Positions 13,584 to 20,000 of a DNA stretch of 20,000 nucleotides are shown in pieces. Each line of letters opens with the position of its first letter. The first letter of the stretch is position 1. Location: IMG/VR virus record IMGVR_UViG_3300017917_002479; one strand, 5' to 3'. A model generated the notes under the pieces. The model saw only the letters and a list, made by a program, of their open reading frames with translations, did not search any database and had not been told where the DNA came from. The stretch is from an uncultured virus (IMG/VR IMGVR_UViG_3300017917_002479). Lineage: Duplodnaviria; Heunggongvirae; Uroviricota; Caudoviricetes. A program made the translations under genes and the position numbers.

Positions 13584-14015
13584 TTAGCGAAGCGAAATGC
13601 CGTCAGGCAGGTTCGCTTCAAGGATTTGGTTGAGGGTTTCGATGGCCTCGTTGCCACGCCGCCGCATGTCCTCCATCTCGGGCGTGTCCTTGGGGTTCGG
13701 CTTGGGATTGAACCCGACCTGCGCCAGCCCGAACTTGGTGACGCACATGTAGATCGGGCCACGTCCAGCATCCGCCTCCTGCTTGGCCGTCTTGAACATG
13801 GAAATCAGGCCAAGCAATTCGGTGTTGCCAATGGCAGCGAGTGCCTCGGTCAGGCGGGGCACGTCGTCGTCCTCGACTTCGGCGAGTGCATCCATCACCG
13901 CCTTGATGCGGGGGTCATACGACCCCCACTTGTCCATCACTTCGACCAGCGCTTTCATCATGCTGACGGCATCACGGCTCACGTCACGGGCAAAGCCCTC
14001 ATTCTTCTCACTCAT
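13584..14015 (-). CDS. Hypothetical protein (143 aa)
   Basis: CCCACCACAAGGAG leader; tight gene packing. Confidence 0.75.
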   Translation of the reverse strand: MSEKNEGFARDVSRDAVSMMKALVEVMDKWGSYDPRIKAVMDALAEVEDDDVPRLTEALAAIGNTELLGLISMFKTAKQEADAGRGPIYMCVTKFGLAQVGFNPKPNPKDTPEMEDMRRRGNEAIETLNQILEANLPDGISLR

Positions 14016-14044
14016 GGTATTCTCACTCCTTGTGGTGGGTTGGA

Positions 14045-14668
14045 TCAGTCGTTGTTCAGGTCACGCACCTCAGCCTCGATGGTCTTGGCCACGTCGGCGC
14101 TCAGGTCCGGCGTCTTGGGCTTGGGAGCCGGAGCCGAACGTGTGTAGCGGGGCGACGAGTATACGATGCGCCGCCCCCCGATGCTCTCACCCAGCGAGGG
14201 TGCAAAGCCGGGGCGAGGCGGAGCCGAACGCGCATCGTTCACGATCACGGGATGCTCGCTGACGCTGCGGTTCAGGTGGGTGTAGGCACGGGCCACACGC
14301 AGGGCAGCGCCACTCGCAGCCCGCTCGAGTGCACGCGGCTCGTGTGCCTGCGCCACGAGGCTGGCCTCACGGGACAGCGCCAGCCCCGTGCCAGCCAAGC
14401 TACGCCCGAAGATGTAGGCGGCAGGCTCGTAGCACACGAGCCGACCATCGTCGGTGCGGGCCGTGACCAGCACCCCATAGAGGCCGGTCTTGCTGTCGCC
14501 GTCACGATGGACGATGCGCGCCTGCCACCAGAGGTTGCCCTTGCGCACGACGTAGACGTCGAGGTCCGAGACCGGCGACTCGAACGGCTTGAAGGTGATC
14601 GGGGTGCCCTCGGGGATGACGCCCGAAATCAGGTGGTCGCTGCGGTGTGCGGTGCTTGCAGTGTTCAT
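14045..14668 (-). CDS. Hypothetical protein (207 aa)
   Basis: CCCACCACCACAAGAG leader before ATG 14668. Confidence 0.7.
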   Translation of the reverse strand: MNTASTAHRSDHLISGVIPEGTPITFKPFESPVSDLDVYVVRKGNLWWQARIVHRDGDSKTGLYGVLVTARTDDGRLVCYEPAAYIFGRSLAGTGLALSREASLVAQAHEPRALERAASGAALRVARAYTHLNRSVSEHPVIVNDARSAPPRPGFAPSLGESIGGRRIVYSSPRYTRSAPAPKPKTPDLSADVAKTIEAEVRDLNND

Positions 14669-14712
14669 GGTTGTTACTCGCTCTTGTGGTGGTGGGAGTG
14701 GTGAGGTGGGGG

Positions 14713-15294
14713 CTACTCGCCCCCATCCTTCTTGGGTGTGGCCGTCTTGGCCTGCCGACGCAGGCCATCGAGCAGGCTCTTGGCGTGACGGTTGGCAGCG
14801 CCAAGGGCCTCCGCATTGGTGAGCCTTCCACCCGTCTGGTTGTGGGTCATGTTGCTCACGTCCTCGGTCATGTCGGCCCAAATCCCGCCGATGAAATCGG
14901 CCACGTCCGGGTTGGCTTGGACGCTGGTCATGCCGCACACGAGCGGGCCAGTGGTCTCATCCCCGACCTTCACGGATGGACCGGCCGGACCAAAGATCAC
15001 GACGCTCACGTCCGCATTCTCCACGGCATTCTGCGCAGCCGCATCAATCGGGTCGAGGCACGTCTCGAACACGGGGTTGTCGTAGACGAGGCTGGCCAGA
15101 CAGCCGACAAGCGGGCGCAGCATGCGCTTGATGGCTTCGTCGGGAATGTCGGGGTTCGCCCCACCTTTGACCCCGGCGATGATGCTGGCCAGCATTTCCT
15201 TGGCCTTGGCCATGGATGCCTCACGCAACTCGTTGTTGCGGTTGTCACGGGGTTCGCCACCCTTGCGGAATGGGTTCGGTCTAGTCATGGGCAT
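14713..15294 (-). CDS. Hypothetical protein (about 193 aa)
   Basis: CACCACCACAGAAGGA leader; alternative ATG at 15288. Confidence 0.75.
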   Translation of the reverse strand: MPMTRPNPFRKGGEPRDNRNNELREASMAKAKEMLASIIAGVKGGANPDIPDEAIKRMLRPLVGCLASLVYDNPVFETCLDPIDAAAQNAVENADVSVVIFGPAGPSVKVGDETTGPLVCGMTSVQANPDVADFIGGIWADMTEDVSNMTHNQTGGRLTNAEALGAANRHAKSLLDGLRRQAKTATPKKDGGE

Positions 15295-15499
15295 GGTTCC
15301 TTCTGTGGTGGTGACGCCTCGGAGTGGCGTCGATGATGGGGACCAAGGCGCGCAGCGCCTCGGTGTCGGAGTGACGGATACGCTTCTGCTTCACGGCCAT
15401 GGCGAACGCTTGCCACCATTGCATCGAACGGTTGGGGGCAAGCGCCCGCCAGCTTGGCCGGAAGACGGCGCGTCGCTGGCGGCGCTCGGCGGGGGTCAT
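15281..15499 (-). CDS. Small basic hypothetical protein (72 aa)
   Basis: ATGA overlap with the cobT-like stop. Confidence 0.55.
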   Translation of the reverse strand: MTPAERRQRRAVFRPSWRALAPNRSMQWWQAFAMAVKQKRIRHSDTEALRALVPIIDATPRRHHHRRNHAHD

Positions 15500-17409
15500 G
15501 CCGCAGCTCTCACCCGTGCCCGCTGGCCCAGCAGCATGGCGGCGAGGGTGTCCATCGTCTTGCCAGCGAACTCGTCCATGTCGCGAGCCACGGCCCACGT
15601 CGGGTAGAAGCGCTTCACGCTTTCATCGAGGATGCCCACGCCAGCGACCTCGCCGCCCTCACGGATGATGCGCTGCACCGCCCGCTTGGTCCACTCGTTG
15701 AGCCAGTTGCCCTTCAAGGTGCCAGCCAGCGGGCTGTGCCACGCAGGTGCCCCGTCAGACAGGGTAATCATGACGTGGCGACGAGCATGGCGAGCGCGCA
15801 GGTGGTTCCACGCCTCGATCAGTGCGTCGTTGTCCGAGTTGTTGCCGCCGATGCACCGGCTGATCTGGCCCAGCGACGAGCGCGCCTCACGCAGGGTCTC
15901 GTCGAACCCCTTGAACTCGACCATGTCGAGCGGCTCGGTCCGACCCCACTCGCCGTGTGCCTCGCCTTCCCGGCGGCTGGCCATGCGTGAGCGCTTGCCC
16001 GCACCGTGCGTGTTGCTGAACCCGACCACCGCATAGTCTGCGCCAATCGTGTTGAGGCACTGCGCCAGAGCAATGCCGACCTGCTGCGCAAGGATGGCCT
16101 TGTGCCCACTCATCGAGCCGGACAGGTCGATGAGGATGAGCACGGCGGTTTCCATTTCCGGCCGGTCAATGCGCACCCGATGCACGAACCGATTGCCCAT
16201 GGCCGCTTGCGTCAGACGCTTGGGGTCGATGGCCCCATGCTCACGGGCTACATCCCAGTCACGCCGCTGCTTGGCCAGCACCATGCGCTCCAGCTTGCGC
16301 CGCATCACGCCGAGGTTGCCGCCCGTCTTGACGAGGTCACTCTCGTAGTAGCTGATGCCATCTTCGTCAGCGAGGCGGGCACTGTAGTAGGTGCCGCTCG
16401 TCTTGGTGTGCCAAGCGTCGTTCTCCGGGTTCATCACCCGGTAAGCGAAGCCGTCCTCGCCCTTGGCCACCTCCGTAATCTCACGCGCAGTGTTCTCGAT
16501 GGTGCGCGCCAGTTCCGGGTCGAGGCCGATCTTCACGTTCTTGACGGGCGGCACCGGCTTGTCGGTGTCAGGCGTCCGGCCCGAGGGCAGTTCGCCGCCC
16601 TCGCTGTCGCTGTCGGTGTCACCGTCGGCACCGCCTTCGCCGCCCGTGCCGCCGCCCTCTTCGCTGTCGCCCCTGCCACCACCGGGGCCACGGCCGCTGC
16701 GTTCGGGCTGCTCTTCCTCGTCGATCAACTTGAGGTCGCCAAGGATGGTGCGGGCAAGACGGATGGACTCCATCGTGCCTTCCTTCCCGTCGGGCAGATA
16801 GGTGGCGAGGTCCGCCCACTTCTTCGCCAAGTCCTGCACCTCAGGCGAGAACATGGCCAGCATGCGCTCGCACTCGGAGACGGCAGTGCCCATGCGCTTG
16901 CGTGCTTCGAGGGTGAGAGCCATCGCCCCCGCCTTGGCCGGGTCACTGGCAAGCGCAGGGTCCGCCGCAATAGCCTCGGCCACGCGCTTCTCCTGCAACT
17001 CGATGATGCCAGCGATGTTCTTCTGCATGCCGGGGTATTCTTCGATGCCGTAGCGCTCGATGCGCACGTCCTCGACGGCATTCGAGTAGGCTTCCCATAC
17101 TTCGGGCAGCTTCTTGCCAGCCCCGGCATAGCGCTTCCACGCATCCATGTCCGTCTTGCGGACATGCAAGGACTCGTGGTCGGCGTAGCCACGCATGGCA
17201 CGGGCCTGCACGTTGGTCAGCCCACGGTCAGCGGGCAGTGAGGGCATGACGATCTTCGAGCCATTGGTCTTGGCCTCGTCGCCAGCGAAGACGACCTCGA
17301 TGTCATGCGCACGACCGATGGTGCGGGACACACGGCTGACCTCGTGGCGGAACAGATCGGTGGAGATTTCGTGGACGGGAGCCGCATCTGCGGCGGGCTT
17401 GGTGGTCAT
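15496..17409 (-). CDS. cobT: CobT-like protein: N-terminal HExxH domain, acidic/Gly linker, C-terminal vWA (MIDAS)
   Basis: RGYADHESLH, NAVEDVRIE, GAIDPKRL, ILIDLSGSM and ITLSDGAP motifs. Confidence 0.85.
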   Translation of the reverse strand: MTTKPAADAAPVHEISTDLFRHEVSRVSRTIGRAHDIEVVFAGDEAKTNGSKIVMPSLPADRGLTNVQARAMRGYADHESLHVRKTDMDAWKRYAGAGKKLPEVWEAYSNAVEDVRIERYGIEEYPGMQKNIAGIIELQEKRVAEAIAADPALASDPAKAGAMALTLEARKRMGTAVSECERMLAMFSPEVQDLAKKWADLATYLPDGKEGTMESIRLARTILGDLKLIDEEEQPERSGRGPGGGRGDSEEGGGTGGEGGADGDTDSDSEGGELPSGRTPDTDKPVPPVKNVKIGLDPELARTIENTAREITEVAKGEDGFAYRVMNPENDAWHTKTSGTYYSARLADEDGISYYESDLVKTGGNLGVMRRKLERMVLAKQRRDWDVAREHGAIDPKRLTQAAMGNRFVHRVRIDRPEMETAVLILIDLSGSMSGHKAILAQQVGIALAQCLNTIGADYAVVGFSNTHGAGKRSRMASRREGEAHGEWGRTEPLDMVEFKGFDETLREARSSLGQISRCIGGNNSDNDALIEAWNHLRARHARRHVMITLSDGAPAWHSPLAGTLKGNWLNEWTKRAVQRIIREGGEVAGVGILDESVKRFYPTWAVARDMDEFAGKTMDTLAAMLLGQRARVRAAA

Positions 17410-17437
17410 GGTATGCTTACTCCTGTGGTGGTGGGTT

Positions 17438-18664
17438 TCAGATCATCGACTTGTAGTGGGTCTTGTAGGGGCGGCGCAGCGTGAGCGTGATTTCGCCGCC
17501 GCCCCGAGTGGGGAACGTGGCTTCGATCAGGCCATCGCTCGTGGTCTTGGCCGACTTGCACTCCTTGATCGTGAATACGAGGATCGGGTGGTGCGACGGG
17601 ATTTCGGCGCATTCGCCTTGGTTGAACTTCTCAATCGAGAAGCGGTTGTCGTAGCTACGAGCGTAGTCCACGGCATGACGGATCAGCACATCGCCGCGCA
17701 TTTCCTTGTAGGACTTGCCCGAGGTGTTCGCAGCGAGCAGGACCACCGGGTTCCAGTCGTCGTCGCCGTCGAACAGGTTGGCCTCGAACGTGAAGGTCAA
17801 GCACTCGCGCGTCGCATAGGTGACGCCTTGGAACTTGGCACCCTCGATGGTGTAGCGCACCTCGCCCACGTCCAGATCGACGTTCAGGAATTGCATCGCG
17901 TCGATCAGCTTCTCGTCGTAGCGGTTCATCTCCTCGATGAGCGCAGACATCTGGTCGAAGTTGAGCGAAGTCAGCGAGGCAAGACGGACCAGCTCACCCA
18001 CCTGCGTGGCATCCTTCACGTGGTCGGTGGCAAACTCGCGCACAAACTCGGGCGTCAGCCCGGCATAGTGCATGCGATAGAACACCCGTCCCGGACGATT
18101 GAGGAGCGGGTCGATCAGGCGTGACTCGTCGTTGGTGGTGAGGATCGCCAGCATGTGCAGCGTGAACACACCATCCAGCACGGTGAGCATCGCTTCCTGA
18201 TGTTCCTTTGCGTAGACCTTCTCGAACTCGTCGATGAACAGGACGAAGGGCGAGCCGATGGTTTGCAGGATGCTACCCAGCATATCCCCGGCCATCGGCT
18301 TGTTCAGCACGATCACGGGCATGCCATTGGCGCAGCACTCGATGGCCAGCTTGCGACCGAGCAGCGTCTTGCCCGAACCCTTCTCACCCGACAGCATCAC
18401 ACCCGTGGTCCCACGCTTGCGGGACTTGAAGGTGGTGAGGATGCGCTCCGCCTTGACCGGCACGTCGCCATACAGCTTGGGCGGCAGGGTCATGGGGTCG
18501 ATGCGCTTGAAGAAGGGGCCACGCTGCATGTCCACCTCGATGGTGTAGAACGCAGGCGGCAGCGACGGAGCGATGCTCGGCGCACCAATGGGCCAGTGAT
18601 CTGCACCGTTGATCGAGAAGCTGGTAGCGCTGGCGGGGGCGATCAGGTTGGTGGTCATGTTCAT
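17438..18664 (-). CDS. AAA+ ATPase (classic AAA type)
   Basis: Walker A GEKGSGKT, Walker B LFIDEFEK, SRH-like LTTN...LLNRPGRV; alternative start 18658. Confidence 0.88.
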   Translation of the reverse strand: MNMTTNLIAPASATSFSINGADHWPIGAPSIAPSLPPAFYTIEVDMQRGPFFKRIDPMTLPPKLYGDVPVKAERILTTFKSRKRGTTGVMLSGEKGSGKTLLGRKLAIECCANGMPVIVLNKPMAGDMLGSILQTIGSPFVLFIDEFEKVYAKEHQEAMLTVLDGVFTLHMLAILTTNDESRLIDPLLNRPGRVFYRMHYAGLTPEFVREFATDHVKDATQVGELVRLASLTSLNFDQMSALIEEMNRYDEKLIDAMQFLNVDLDVGEVRYTIEGAKFQGVTYATRECLTFTFEANLFDGDDDWNPVVLLAANTSGKSYKEMRGDVLIRHAVDYARSYDNRFSIEKFNQGECAEIPSHHPILVFTIKECKSAKTTSDGLIEATFPTRGGGEITLTLRRPYKTHYKSMI

Positions 18665-18778
18665 GCTTACTCTCACGTTGGAATGGGTTGGGTGGGGTGC
18701 TTTCGTGAACGCGGCACCCCGGCGCGCTTCCATGCGAGGCGAGGGAGAAAGGAACCGAAGCCCTGCCTCACCCCACGA

Positions 18779-19999
18779 TCACTTGAGGACGCGGTCGATC
18801 AGGCCCTTGAACACGGCACGATCCTGTCCCGTGGCCTTGGCCAGCACCATGTCCTCGAACGCACGACGCAGCGCCTTCTTCCGGTCGCCGAGGATTTCGT
18901 AGAAGGACACGTAGCTGTCAGCGACAGCGCCGATGCCACGCGGGCTGAGCGGCTGCATCACCTGCGCATTGGTGAACGCTTGGCGATGCTCGGTCACATA
19001 CTTCGCGATCAGGTTGGCGGCATCCATGTCGATGGCCGGGACGCGCTTGCGGATCAGGTCACGCTCCTGCGTCTCGTTCATGTAGCCGACGTGGACGAAC
19101 GGGAAGAAGCGGTCGAGGAAGGCCATGCTCTGCGGGCGTGCGCCCTGATACATGCCATACTCGTCGCCCTGCCCGACCGTGTTGGCCGTGGCAAACAGGC
19201 GGAACATCGGGTGCGGCTTGACGTATTCCCCGCTGTTCTCGTTGAGCAGCAGGCCTTTGCCTTCGGCGATGCGCTGCATCACGTAGCTCACGTCGGGACG
19301 AACGAAGTCAATCTCGTCGAGCAGCAGGATGTTCGGACCACGCAAGGCCTGCGGCAGGACGCCGTCTTCCCACTTGGTCACAGTCGTGCCCGAGGTCGGG
19401 TCCACGACGAGCGTGTCACGACCGACGAGGTCCATGCGCGTGATCTCGGAGTCGAAGTTGACACGCTTGACCGGCCACTCAAGACGGGCAGCGATCTGCT
19501 CGACCAGTGTCGACTTGCCCGAGCCAGTGTGCCCGTGGACCCAAGGCTGCTGGCCTTTCACGATAGCAAGGAGCAGCGTGACCAGCATGTCGGGACGGAA
19601 CACGTAGTCCGGGTCGATTTGCGGCACGTCCGGGTGCGTGAACTTCCACTGGAAGGTGGGCACCTCGAAGCTGAACGCCTTGGCCGCAGCGCCCTTGATG
19701 CCGAACACGTCGGCCGCCTTGCGCATGACGACCTCGCCTTCGGGCAGCTCGCCTGCCTTGCCGGTCGGCGCAGCGGCCCCATCGACCTTGCTCATGGCCT
19801 CGAACTTGGCGCGTGCCACTTCGGCAGACAGCTCTTCAATGCGCTTCTGCATGCCAGCGGCCACCTTCACGGCGTCCGTGGCATGGCCGACGATCACGTC
19901 AATGCTCGGCAGCTTGGCCGACGACAGGACCGCATCGAGCATGGGCTTCATGGTCGCATCGACGGTCAGGTCGAGCGGCTTGAGGCCAGCCACGGTGGG
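18779..19999 (-). CDS. cobS: CobS-like MoxR-family AAA+ ATPase (probably 5'-truncated)
   Basis: VPQIDPDYVF, GHTGSGKS, RMDLVGRD, LLLDEID, FRLFATANTVGQGD and AFLDRF; frame open to the window edge. Confidence 0.9.
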   Translation of the reverse strand, partial: PTVAGLKPLDLTVDATMKPMLDAVLSSAKLPSIDVIVGHATDAVKVAAGMQKRIEELSAEVARAKFEAMSKVDGAAAPTGKAGELPEGEVVMRKAADVFGIKGAAAKAFSFEVPTFQWKFTHPDVPQIDPDYVFRPDMLVTLLLAIVKGQQPWVHGHTGSGKSTLVEQIAARLEWPVKRVNFDSEITRMDLVGRDTLVVDPTSGTTVTKWEDGVLPQALRGPNILLLDEIDFVRPDVSYVMQRIAEGKGLLLNENSGEYVKPHPMFRLFATANTVGQGDEYGMYQGARPQSMAFLDRFFPFVHVGYMNETQERDLIRKRVPAIDMDAANLIAKYVTEHRQAFTNAQVMQPLSPRGIGAVADSYVSFYEILGDRKKALRRAFEDMVLAKATGQDRAVFKGLIDRVLK

Positions 20000-20000
20000 C

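Noticed and set aside
10498..13587. Long + strand ORFs opposite int, luxR and the phosphatase
   Set aside because: Antisense shadows of genes with clear motifs; no RBS or domain signal.
1173..14715. Genome-wide TAG recoding (alternative genetic code)
   Set aside because: TAG ends several genes (e.g. 2012, 10153, 14713) right before the next gene's RBS or leader, so it behaves as a normal stop.
13568..17435. TGTGGTGG repeats as Chi sites or a CRISPR array
   Set aside because: They do not match GCTGGTGG, are positionally tied to start codons, and are separated by whole genes rather than uniform spacers; no cas genes.
15496..19999. Cobalamin biosynthesis operon or cobalamin riboswitch
   Set aside because: No cobN or other cob genes and no recognisable B12-box in the window.

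Overview
The window looks like part of a high-GC, probably temperate tailed-phage genome. An alphaproteobacterial host is inferred from an RcGTA-type head-spike base gene. It has two convergent arms. The + arm (867-9258) carries small DNA-binding/nuclease genes, a Holliday-junction-resolvase-like gene, a head-spike/fibre structural module ending in a 905-aa beta-helix/LamG receptor-binding protein, and holin plus Rz/Rz1 with no endolysin. The - arm (9359-20000) carries a CobS-like MoxR ATPase, a second AAA ATPase, a CobT-like vWA protein, hypotheticals, a Ser/Thr phosphatase, a LuxR-type HTH protein and a tyrosine integrase. The most striking signals are non-coding. (1) A 40-nt hairpin element with a compensatory base-pair change occurs twice in inverted orientation (712-751, 1185-1224) around a divergent promoter region, where a strong strand skew begins. 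(2) A family of CCCACCAC..AGGAG start-associated repeats is present, and a related 24/25-nt direct repeat brackets the extra AAA gene. (3) Perfect hairpins hide the ribosome-binding sites of two structural genes. (4) Two families of palindromic, operator-like sites occur at promoters. All product calls come from motif recognition by eye, not database searches.
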